Of a stretch of 64,000 nt of DNA, positions 1 to 11,960 are shown piece after piece. Within the stretch, counting starts at the first letter, position 1. Every line of letters starts with the position of its first letter. The translations under genes and the position numbers were made by a program. The notes under the pieces are model-generated. The model did no database searches and had not been told where the DNA came from. It saw only the letters and a program-made list of their open reading frames with translations. Origin of the DNA: Lingula anatina. Its lineage: Eukaryota; Animalia; Brachiopoda. The stretch lies in the NCBI GenBank assembly GCA_051362555.1, contig CM120645.1, forward strand, positions 21,018,001-21,082,000, in the 5' to 3' direction.

Positions 1-3000
1 AAATTAATATTGCATGAAAATAAGAAACAGCATTGGCATGAAACCCAACTGCGGAAAATGAGTTAAAATTGGTATGCGCGTCATCGTCTGTGGAGAATTG
101 AATTTAGACGGATTGTTTTAAATTTGGTGACAAATGACATGGACTGAAGTTAAGACGCGACAAAAGGCCCACGTGCACTGGTGCAGACGCGTTTGTGCGA
201 ATGTGCATGCTCAAACGCATGAAGATGATTCCTGCAAACTGCTTGGAATTATCTGATTTATGACAATGCAACTAAGTAGCGTGAAATAAATGAAGGAGTG
301 AAAGTTGGAAATTGTATGCCAGAAATGACACAACGGCATAATTTAGACAGCTAAGCTGGCAAACATACAGACACCAATCACTTATTCTCCCACATGCAGG
401 GTACCAGCGAAAAACTGATACCTCTTAGGGGCCTTTCAGAATAGAAGATCCGCGTATTAACTGGTCCAGGGCTCAAATATGGCGGACCCTACATGAAAGG
501 AAGACCGTTTAATCCTGTAATGGATTTGAAAGATATGACGATTTGGATGACGGATTTTCAGTGCATAGCCACGCCCGCGTATTTGGCGAGCTTAACAAAA
601 TCATGCTCATGCCACTCCCTCGTATTTTATTACCTCATGGCGGCTATTTCTCGATTCATTTACTTGATTTTATTATATTGTAATGTAAAACCTTTCTGAA
701 ACCCCCCAAATTTGCTTCTTTTCAGTATTGTAATTTCAAGCTTCGGTCACAACCGGCCGCACGGGCTATAACGGTCTGCTTGCGTCCAAATTTTGCGCAG
801 AATCTCACGTGCAGCGCAAGTCCTTCTTGCGAAATTTGGAGTCCGCAGACAGCCCGTAAGCACGTACGGAGGAAGTTGGACATGTCCAAAAGATCCTACG
901 AATAATCTGCGAACAGCGAGGCCGCAAACGTAACTTGCTCCACTCGCAAGGAGTTTGCGAGAAGCACGCAAGTGAGTCGTGCGTGGTCCAAGACGCACGT
1001 TGTAAACAATGAAGGAGCAAGTGCCTTTTGCGTGTTGAGTACGACGCACGCCCCCACAGCTAACGAACAAAGTCGAAAGCACGGCGGAAGTGCGTCGCCC
1101 CCCTACACGCCAGAAGTATAAAAGGCATGCTTACGATGCACGCTCGTGTCTCGACAAATAACGTCGCTTGTGCCAAATAACGTCGCTTGTACAACATTTC
1201 CAAAATTTTTTAATTTGCTCAATTCAGCTTCTAATATGCCTGCAAAAGGCAAGGGAAAGAAGCTAAGAGAGCAGAAAAGAAGGGAGGAGGAAAAAGAAAG
1301 AAGGGGAGAACAGGAGGCAAAACTGACGTACGCGGTCAGTACGTCATTACAAGCGTGTGAGGCAAGTGTGAAGCAAAAGGAAATTACTTACGCCGTGAGT
1401 AGCATTCTCTTCATAAATGGTGTGTGCCTGCCACGTATGCAGGTAGCAAGACAAACTCAAGAAATGAGTAAATCGTACCTTGCAATTAGCGTCCCTGCTT
1501 CTCACGTGGACCCTGCGACTCGCAAGGCAGACTTGCGCCTTTCCATTTCAAACTTCCTCTATCTCTACGAACTCCACGGCCTCCACTGCACCCAAAATTC
1601 GCAGGGGCCGTAAGATCCTAAAATTCGTGCGTCCGGTTGTGGCCGAGGCTTCATACGTTGAGGTACGTATATAGTACTTGTACGATCATGTCATACTGTA
1701 TAGTTGTACTGTATTGTATAGTCAACGTTTCCATGCAAATGAGTATGGAATGCAGCACTAAATTATGTTAATTATGTCATATCAACATCAGGTACGACAC
1801 TCATGCAAAATATTGCAGGGATTCATAACATAACTACTTTTACAGGCAAACGATTCTCGATATCATATACTTTGTATATTTTATCGGTTCAATAAATTAT
1901 TGTTATTAGTATAACATGCCTAAAGGCCATGCCTCCACATATAGCTCTTTAGAAAAGATTTCATTTATTTTACATCATTAAACAAATTATTTAAATAAAT
2001 GGACTGCTGGCACCAACTTAACCATGTTGATCGTAACCTGTCTCTTTTCCAAGCAAAGCCGCTCAGTAAATTTGATCTTAAACAAAAATATGGTTTGGTA
2101 CTTATTGGCGTAAACACCTTTAATTTCGATTTTTTAATTAAAATTGCCAAAATTGCACAAAAAAAAAAGATTACGATCCTGCAGATTTTCTGAAGCAACC
2201 CACCTTTTTACCAAACAAAACAGAAATACGGTTTGTCATTGAAATATTAAGCAAACATCACCAAAATAATTGTGCAAAAAAAAAAATAATAATAAATAAA
2301 TAAATAAATAAATACCGTAACTGTAAACTAGCAACCTGCCTCTTTACCAAACAAAGCCACTCAGTAAATTTAAAATAAAACAAAAATACGGTTTGGCACT
2401 TATGGGGCAATCGTCATGTTTCAGACAGCGACGGCGACAGCCACAGGAACGGCGACGACTGGGACAGACAGACAAAATATACACAGACACAGTGTCTAAT
2501 CATAACAATATAACTAAATGGAAGAAAATGAAAAAGCTTTAGAAAAAAAAACATTTATTTTTTTGACAAATTGTCGTATCTTTTAATCTGTATAATGGCT
2601 TGGCTTTTTGACAATAATTTTATATCGGGTAAACATTAATTTATTAATTACAAAAGCATTTACAAAATGCAAATACGCCAAAAAAAAAAAAAACTTCTTA
2701 ATATCATGCTATCAGCTTAGATATAAAATAAGTGTAGGAGGGAAAGGAAGAGAATTGGATGCCAATTCTCTACAGCAATATACTAAAACTAAATGAAAAA
2801 ATATGAAAAACTCTTATGTAAACATTAATTTATCAAATACAAAATCATATACAAAATATAACTATATCAAAAAAGTTTTCTTAATATTATGAAGTTTCCA
2901 GGGATATACTGTATAGGCGAGATTCTTCCTGACATCAGTAAAACAAATACACATATCAGTCAATTATCACAACAGGTGATATTAAAAGTATAATGAATAA

Positions 3001-3410
3001 ATACATGTATATTTATATATATATATATATATTCATATATGTAACCACATTGCTTTTTCCAACTCTTTTTCTACCCCCCTCTCCTTATCTTTATATATAT
3101 ATATATATGGAATGACTAGAAGAAGCTATGCATGTTAATTCTCATCAAGTTTTAAAATGAAAAAAATATGATGAGGTAAAATGCACTTTCCTTTTAATGC
3201 CTATTAAAGATTGTTGTGTACACACGCAAACATACGCACGCATCATTCTATCAATTCTATCAATTGAGTATATCATTAAACTCATCAAAATCCTTGTTAC
3301 TGTGTGTTTGACTTGTCATTTCGCACTTTTTCCGTTTAAATATGTAACCCCTTAAAAGCCATTACTACTGCATATTTAGAACAGTGTTTTACAATTATTT
3401 GTCACTGTAC

Positions 3411-3444
<34 letters not shown>

Positions 3445-3491
3445 TGATCCTAATTGATCTAGTCTACCATTGATTTAGGATGACCCCCCTA

Positions 3492-5173
3492 CTACCCCCA
3501 TGTGCGTTTTTTCTCACAAGCCACGGCAACCATTTCGTGGGATTCTCTGAAGTTGTACTCTCCGGCCCCGGGGCTTTTCCGAAAAACAGTCGTGTTGTAC
3601 AGTACACGCTCGCACTGAAATCCTGGCGGGAGTTCCCTTTTCTTGTCGTTGTCGCACATGGCTATGTTTAGTTTTGTAGGCCACCTATGAGTACAGAAAA
3701 AAAGAGGGAAATGATTAAATTTACCAGTTATCAGAAGATTGGGGCAATTGGGGTGTTTATGCCACGAATGACGGAGCCCCTGGCGTATGGTTTACGTACG
3801 CCACGCAGCGTGATTTACACCTAATTAATGCCCCCAGACAATTCTTACTGCACATCACTTCAAAATATTCATACAGTTGGCAGTTAACGAAGTCGTGACA
3901 TCCTGGGATTTTTAATATTGAGATTATATATAAGTTGTGACTTTCGATAACCCCGTATGCTATATTTTCATCTCATATGCTTGGGAGAGGAGGCTCATTT
4001 CCCATAGTCTGAAACTCTGGATGTATGAAAGGGAGGAGCATTAAACCGGGATTACGACCTCTCGGAAAGCGAATTTTGACCAACCCTCACAGCAAAAAGG
4101 TAACAAATGATAAGGGTGCAATGTTTAACATTCATCATAATTAACAGTGGCGTATAAAATTGAATTTGACCAAAATATTGCCAAAACCCAAATTTTGAGA
4201 GGGCGAGTGTGGGTAAAAATTGTTTTTCCAAACAAACGCAAGTCCGGGGCTTAAAGGATATTGTAACCCTTTATTATCATCCAGATACCAAAAATGAGTT
4301 TTCACTCCATCTAATCATTCAATAATGCTTCTATCTTTGTTCTGATTTAAAACAATAGAAAACCCGCGAAAATATAAAATATTGCCGTTTATATTTCTCG
4401 TTGCAATGTATAAGCATACATGTAGGCAACTCAAAGCTTTAATCGCCAGTTTAACACCTTTCTATTTTAAGGTGAGATAGCAACCGGTATGGGGCATAAC
4501 TTCATCCCTGCACGAAATTTTATCACGAACATTGGTAGAGTTGATCAAGAATGTATAGGCTACAATCCCGTGCCGCCATTGTGCTTAAAATGTTTTTGTT
4601 ATGGAGTTCTGAGCCCTAATTAAAATTACAGACTCATTAAACAAAGGCATTATTTTACTTTATCAAAGTGAACTAAGACTTTTTCCTAAGAAAAAAATGA
4701 ATAATGTAACAAACAAATAACTAAACCAATAATTAATTAATTAACAAATAGTTAATACATTCCCTAGAGATCATTACCTACCTATTCTCATCTGTATGCA
4801 CACAATAATACCACGGACAGTCCGAGTGTCCACCTTTCAACTTTCTCTGGTCTTTCTCCGGACACCTTATAGAACCTGTTTGGCGTACGTGTCTCGACTG
4901 GCTGGCAAGTTTAGCGTGTTCTTCCGAGGCTGGGGCGGCGATGACTTTCCCAGCGAGGATAGCCAGTACTAAGACAACAATTTTAACTTCTTGTCTCTGA
5001 AAACAAGAAACCATAAGTTATGATCTCGACGCGATGGATAATTCATTCTCAATTCAACATTGCATCTTCACTTGCGTCGATAAAGTAAGTTTGAATGCAA
5101 AATTTCCACGCATATAATGAACCAAGCTGTTCAACAAATGTATGTAATCAGCATATATGTGTGTGCGTGCGTG

Positions 5174-5211
<38 letters not shown>

Positions 5212-7213
5212 GCGCACTGTCAGCACATAAGTGATTACTCAAACGTGGTTCAAGGACGCAGTTACTTCCAGAAGAATAAGACTGCTCTAAACTTTGAATA
5301 CTGAATTCAAGGCCTCTGTAGATCAAGACTGTTCTTGCAAAATAAATAAATAAATAAATAAATAAATAAATTTATGAATGCTCTCATGAAAAATTGGCAT
5401 CTGTGTTTTATTCGCCGTTCTGATTTCACCGTTCAAGCCAGGCTAACTCATCAGCAACTCAATAATCCACGGCAGAAAAATTCCGTGCCATTGAAAGTAG
5501 GTAACATTTGAAAATAGATATAGTTAATGAAAATGAGCCTCTGCCTACTAATTTAAATATAGTGATTTAAATTGATGAGTACAGGCGACTATACAGCCGT
5601 CATTTTATTTGATTGAGGGTTGACACAACGAACGAACGTAACAGAACTGTCGGAGACTTTCCCGTCATTGGATATCTACATTCTCGCTGTTCTTAAAGAT
5701 GACATGAACCGCTGCAGCAGGGATAAATACTACAGTTAAAATGGAGCCTAAGAAATCAATTTTCTTTGAGTTACAATCCTAATGGCCATCTGGTGGTCAT
5801 GAATTAGACAGAGATTGTATCTTTGTTTTCAAAACTGGTTAGTTGTAAAAACTTTTTTTTAAATTATTTTCATCGGTGCAGGACAGTCTCGCCGTCTCAC
5901 TGCGACAGATATGCACGTGATTGTAAACTAAAATTAACGTATATTTTTTTATTTATAACAACTTCATCATTGAATAGCAACACAAACTGATTGCAAAAAA
6001 AAGGGGGGGGGCACATCTCACCAATCTTCTCACTTCAGTCATTGCTAATTAAACTTGGGAATAAAAATTTTAATTCAATTTAAAAATAAAAATTTACTTA
6101 TCGGTGGGCTTGAAAAAGCTCGATTAAGGCCCTATTTCACACAGACCACGAATAACACGAATCTCCAAGAATTGACAAATTTCAGGATTCGTGAGGATTC
6201 GTGAGATTTTGTCAATTTTCTGGTCTAATTCCACACGCTCACGATTCAGTTACGATACAGGTGCGATAGTGGTACGAATTTTCGTGGAATTCGTGAGGAT
6301 TCGTGAGATTTTGCCAATTTCCTGGTCTAATTCGACACGTTCTACGATTCAGTTACGATACAGGTGCGATAGTGTTACGAATATTCGTGGAATTCGGCTG
6401 GAATAGCACGAATATTGTCCAGAAATTCACTACGATTTTTTGGAATCGGGAGTTCGTGGCCAAGACTTTGAACAGCTCAAATTTTTTGCCACGAATTCCC
6501 GATTGATCAAGAATTGCAAGAACTGACTACGATTCAACCACGATTCAACCACGAGTCCTGAAATTTTCAATTCCTGGCGATTCGTGGGATTCGTGGTCTG
6601 TGTGAAATAGAGGCATAAACATTTTTGCCACCAATTCTTGTTGGTCAAGAAGTGCAAGAACTGACTACGAATATATGCGAATCTGTTAAGAACTTCACGA
6701 ACTGGTTACGATTCAACCAGGAATCCTGAAATTTGTCAATTCCTGGCGATTCGTGGGATTCGTGGTCTGTGTGAAATAGGGGCCTTACTGGACTGCTTTT
6801 AAGGGCACACTACTGGATCAAACTCCCATGTGCAATTACCTAACCAAAACACTAAACACATGCAAACTATACGTCAATCAATCATTAAGTTTTCAGAACT
6901 TAATAGGTAGCGCCGATGTATAAAAGTAGGATAATTAAATAAGGCACTGTTGCTGGGTTCGTGAATTAAACAGACGCGGCAAGGAAAAACAGAAAAACAA
7001 GAAAGGAGCCCTGAGAGGTTTAAGCACCAGAAATGAGGTCATGGATACCTCCCTCTCTATATTTTTCTATCGTATCTTATCCATCAGCTTAGATATTGTC
7101 ATAATATTTAACCATATTGAAACCACTTTTTACGCAGCTATCAAAAAGAAAAAAAAAACACTTTTTACGCAGCATTAACAGTCCTTGTCACTTACCGGTA
7201 TGCAGAAGCCCAT
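3492..7213 (-). CDS. IL17: Interleukin-17 family cytokine, paralog A; exons 7213-7196, 4996-4782, 3684-3492; 141 aa
   Basis: Exon 1 ATGGGCTTCTGCATACCG|GTAAGT (MGFCIP) splices in phase 0 to ttttcag|AGACAA. Exon 2 ends AG|GTAGGT and joins tcatag|G in phase 2, giving an open 426-nt CDS. Protein: signal peptide (KIVVLVLAILAGKVIAA), then CPWYYCVHTDENRWPTKLNIAMC...QCERVLYNTTVFRK...YNFRESHEMVAVAC, matching the IL-17 pattern (C/S)PWxYxxxxDxNRxPxxIxxAxC...CxxVxxxxxVLR...VxVxC. Family assignment is from motif recognition, not a database search. Confidence 0.88.
5158..5210. repeat. (TG)n microsatellite
   Basis: Visible TG run in intron 1 of paralog A, absent at the homologous site of paralog B. Confidence 0.9.
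6128..6784. mobile_element. PIF/Harbinger-type MITE in intron 1 of IL-17 paralog A
   Basis: TIR GGCCC(C)TATTTCACACAGACCACGAAT, TAA/TTA flanks, internal CACGAAT/ATTCGTG repeats, and a duplicated right end (an extra TIR ending near 6616). Absent from paralog B. Confidence 0.8.
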
Positions 7214-7358
7214 GGTTACGATTCGTTTCGGCTGATGGAAATATAAAGATGTATCTGTACGCGTGTAGATATAAACAGTGGTATAATAATGATATACCAG
7301 TTACTCTTGGAAGTCTAGACCTCAGTCAATGTAATAATCAGAATTACACAACTTATGG

Positions 7359-7392
7359 TATTTATATGATATTTTCAGTCAGGATATTTGCC
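7359..7392 (-). promoter_or_regulatory. IL-17 paralog A core promoter: TATAAATA and upstream conserved motif
   Basis: Minus-strand TATAAATA at 7366-7359, about 150 nt upstream of the ATG. The same box and the adjacent (G)GATATTT doublet are conserved in paralog B. Confidence 0.6.
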
Positions 7393-8226
7393 TTCCGTTG
7401 CTAAATCTGGTCGCATGACTTTGCGCGCAAACCTTCCATTGCGCTCCTCGTCATGTCACTTGGACTTAAGTCTCCTAAAAAGTTTTCATTTACTATTTCA
7501 CTAATTATTTCTCATTTATCAAACTTAAGGAAAACAGGAAAGGTCAAACTTCCTTCTTGTTTTTTTCGTGCTCAAAAGTCGACAGTTTCCTCTTTTTTTT
7601 TCAATTATTTTGCTTCGGGGAGACTGATGTGACGTGAAACTTACAGTCTTTTTTTTCACAAGTTGACCTGAAGTATAGTAAAGCATGCTATTTATTCTTT
7701 TGAACCACAGGGACCCCCTCGAGCTGCCCATTTTTTTTTAGATTAAAGAAGTTTTTTTACTTATTAAATCCAAGAAAGAGTTAAAGCTAACATGACACGG
7801 GTTAACTCCCCGATAAGCTTCATTAAACCAACTCGGTGGATGGTAATTTGTAGACGCAATAGCAACTATTTGCAAGAAAGAAAACCTTTGAAAAAAGTTG
7901 CGTTGCTTATCTACTTGAACCGTGCATTAATCATACACTGGATAAAACCCAGCGACGAGTACATTACTCCGAGTGTTCGCGCCATGACAACAGCTTTGTA
8001 TCAGCTATGTAGCGTAGTCATCTGGCAGAGAGAAATAATTCATGGAGTTCTTTGCAGTTGCAGCCGGACCGGGCTGTAAACCTATTGAACAATTTTTGCA
8101 TTTGACATATGTTACCAGTTTTTCAGTACAAGTGTACTTTTCTTAATTGCACAAGTCGAAGTGCAGTTAAATCATTTTCTGACGTAGGTATTATTACAAG
8201 TAGACTTCCTCATTTACAACGACACC

Positions 8227-9245
8227 TGTGACGGGAGCGCATGTCCTAGTGACGCACGTTCTGGGAATGCAAGTCTTTGGGCATGCATTGCTAGAAATGG
8301 AAGTCCTATGACATACCTTACTAGGGTTTAATGTCTGTAGTACGATGGCTCCCAAGTAATGTATGTCCTACGTGTAGAAATGCAGGTCCTAATGGGACGT
8401 GCATTTCTAAAATTTAAGTAACATGTGTTACATTTCTAAAATTTTAACATGTTTACACAGAAAAATGATATGAATAAATCGATATAGAGATATACAAGTT
8501 CTAAAGATATAATTAGCTTTTTTTATTCCATTTTTATCATTTTGTTTTCAAGTTTTGCAATGTTTTGATTTTCTGATAGGCAGTTTATATCCATTTATTA
8601 ATAAAACAGTAACAAAAACAACAGAGCGTTCATAGTTTTTCTTCATTTATATATTATGTATATTTTTCCCCTCAACGTAGAATTTAACGCATCCTTTGAG
8701 ATTCACCCCCCCCCCCCCCCTCAGTCCACAATATTAATGAGCCCGTTTTGCCCGATATTCTTTCTTTTAACAATTATATAAGGTCCCAACGAAGGCATTT
8801 CTTCTTTTCCTCATTTGCGATCTTGTCGTCTAAGAATCCTCTTAATGACTTTGGTGCCTACAGGTTTTTCCTTATAAGATTAATAAGAGAAAATTCAATA
8901 CAAAACGGAAATTTGTCACTGAACAAATTAATCGAAATGGATATTTTGTTTAATTCTAACATGGTTTGAATTCTTATTTTCCACAGTGAAAGACGAAGGA
9001 GTAATAAATATATATTTACATATTATTTAATGCCCTTATCTACTGGTAGCGTACCTTTTGTGTTTACTTTTTTAATTTTTTTTTGTCTCTCTTGTGCCTT
9101 TTGGATGTTTTTCAAAACCTCATTCCCAATAGATGTTCTCATTCTGGTTACCCTCCCCGCAGTTTCCTCCTCACATTCTTCTTCTGTTGGATCATAGTGT
9201 TTTTGATCATCTTCCTTGGTCAGTGGGAAGCTTAGGTTTTCTATT
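8227..9245 (-). mobile_element. Degenerate Ginger/Gypsy-like integrase transposon fragment
   Basis: Minus-strand translation gives ...EVLKNIQKAQERQKK (about 9130-9075) and VGTKVIKRILRRQDRK*GKEEMPSLGPYIIVK (8870-8765), the GPY/F module of GIN1/Ginger integrases. The two parts are separated by a GT-AG intron-like gap (9054-8871). A TGTGAC terminus with subterminal GTCCTA/GAAATGCA repeats starts at 8227. Confidence 0.6.
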
Positions 9246-10155
9246 AACCAGCATGCAATAAGTAATGAGAACGAAATATAACCATTGCATTAATGACAAC
9301 ATCGTAAAATTATAATATACATACGTACAAACGTACAATGAGAGCAACATGTCGTGTTTAGGAACCCAGAGGTGATGTATTTACAGATCTGTTCTCAAAG
9401 CCTGAACGCTCGGAGTAAGGTACTTGTCGCTGTGTTTTATTCAAAAGAAAGAAAGTGTTTGAACTGGCATTTTACTGGCGATCTTATACAGCCGCGAGTA
9501 GTGGCTAGGCAATTGTTTAAACGATGTATGATGGCTGTCAAAACTCTACTGGGTGTACGGAGCACTTTTCTTAACCTGATTTGTTTAATTGAAGAAAGTT
9601 TGCCAATATTAAGATACCGTGTCAGAGCAGCCCAAGGGGGGCAATTATCAAAGTTTATTTTTCAGAGGAGGGGCTTTATATATGACCCTTTCAATTTCGT
9701 ATGGAACCTTTGTGTAACTAGTAAGACAAAAGCCTTTAAGAATGTAACAAGTTTACTGGAATCTGCAGAGGTAGAGTGGGAAAAGGGATTAACGGAAACA
9801 ATTTTATTTTAATGAAAACAATTTCATTAAAAAAACTGGATCCAAATTTACTGGTTACCGAGAAACAATAAATCCTAATTTGTTAGCTCATAGTGTATAC
9901 AAGCTAACCATTGATATTCCGGAGTATAACATGCACACGTCTCCGCACTTCCTCACGCTACCTGTCTATACACCAAAACCCAACACAGGGATGCAAATGA
10001 GGTCACAGGCATGCTCTTAAAATGTTTAGTTCACAGATTGCAAGCTATGTTTAATTATTTTAGGGTCCCACGTGAAGAAGTTTGTACCAAAGTTTCACTC
10101 TCCTGGAACCATGAGTAATAAAAAATACATGTAATTCAAAGTCTAGCCCAAAAAA

Positions 10156-11300
10156 GGAACATACGTTACTGTCACAAATGCAAAACGTCCAGCTGTGAAA
10201 CGTTTTACTCACTTTGAAAATTCAATCATCACTGGATCTAATATTGTTCTTTGATTCAAAACATTGTAAAAAAAATATGATAATCTTCTGTATAGAGCAG
10301 TTAATTGTTTTTGAGCGACTTTGGTTTACTTGTCACTGAATATTAAAAAAAAAAAGGGAAATGACACCCTACCTAATAACAGCATAATAAACATTAAATT
10401 AACTATTTTACTACTAAAACATTATATCAGAAATGTCAAACTATCATGAAATCACAGTATATCTTTCGGTCAGCAACAGAAAAATCTGTTTTCTATTGCA
10501 CCAAGTACTTCGACAAAGTGAAACTTCTCACAATTTTTCTGGGGAACATACGTAACGTAGCATTAGCCATGACGCAAAGCCCCTTGAGTTACAGTTTAAA
10601 TATTTATAAAAAAACATCCTTACGTCATGTATACTTTACCATGATTGGATTACTACAAAATAAATCGAAACGCGGTATAAGAATTAAAATTAAATGACCC
10701 GGAACATAACGTTACCGGAACATACGTTACCATTTAGGGCTCTTTACGTAATGTTAAAGACATGTTAAAAAATTAAAAATTGAATTAAAAATGAGACAGT
10801 TGCGGATTTTTGTTTGCACTTAGACCTCGACCCCGGATTATGGAACGATATTTGACGTTTTTCAGCTTTGCACAGTCTGTGTATAAAAATAAACGTAAAC
10901 TAACCTCTAATACTTTGCATGTAGCTACGATAGAGCTTTATTTACTATCGTGTAAAGCTTAATCCATATGATTGGGGTTATTATTGGAGAAAAACGCTAA
11001 AATAATGGTTAACTTCGTGTTGTTCTCAAACCCCGGATTATGGAACAAAACCGGAAGTGCGCAGATAACGTCTCGTCAGTGTGTGTTAGATAAGATGCAA
11101 GGCAATATGTAGTGCAAGGGGTCTATAAAAGACAATAAAACGACGAATGCGCTTTATATTGCGAATATCAATGAAAATAACAGCTGTTATTATTCATATT
11201 AAGTTGGTCTTTTATTTTTAAACACAAATATTGCTGAATAATGGAATAGCCCACTCATTCACTACTGCCTTGAATCGGATTATGGAACAAAACGAGAAGT
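10156..11300. repeat. Dispersed short direct repeats (GGAACATACGTTAC x4; CGGATTATGGAAC x3), likely transposon subterminal motifs
   Basis: Copies near 10156, 10543, 10701, 10717 and near 10834, 11034, 11276. They lie 3' of the PHD-bearing transposase-like fragment. Confidence 0.45.
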
Positions 11301-11960
11301 TGCCGCTACGTCGGAGTATCAAAGCGATGTTTAGTAGTCAGATAATTTAAAATGCCAAATTGAAAATACTGTATCCATAATTATGAATTAAAAGAAAAAT
11401 ATTGATATTTCTCATTTTAAAACTCATCTATCATTCGTTTGGTCTGCCTTAAGTAATCAACGCCAGTAATCATTCAAAATAAAAATTTTAATTCATGGTG
11501 ACAAAAGTGGCAATTAACATTAACAGCTCACATATCATTAACAAAGAATTTATCGAAAGTGTGACAAATGCAATAAACAAAAAATTTGCGGAGAACTCGC
11601 GTAACAATGCTGTAACTTTACAAAGAGATGAATGTATTCATCTTTCTGAAGAGTGCTATGACTTTTATGAAATGAATCTAACCTTTAACTCCATAAAATG
11701 AAATCACTGCAATCATTCTAATATTACACTGTCTTGCCCTTCAAGAAAACAAATGAAGGGGCACAAAAGTTATGTACGTTACTATACTATATCTCAAATC
11801 AAACATGCACTGCAACTCTGTTCACCATTTTTACGTTGCGTTGTGTGTAACGCACAAGAACATATCACTTGTATGTTTGTTTTGCGGTACTGATAAAAAT
11901 AAACAATATAAATCTTTTTTTAATTAATTATAAAAAAAAAATGAAAAAGGCCTACTCTGA

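Noticed and set aside
2290-2313. (TAAA)n read as a clustered AU-rich element of IL-17 paralog A mRNA
   Set aside because: Lies beyond the likely poly(A) signal near 2555, and the same microsatellite occurs at unrelated sites (5341, 12774).
3492-3509. KKR-TWG* as an amidated neuropeptide
   Set aside because: Only two residues would remain, it is not conserved in paralog B, and it arises from the truncation.
4778-5014. Single-exon 78-aa secreted peptides from the ORF track (also 19862-20098)
   Set aside because: The stop lies within the splice donor and the frame continues in exon 3; these are IL-17 exon 2.
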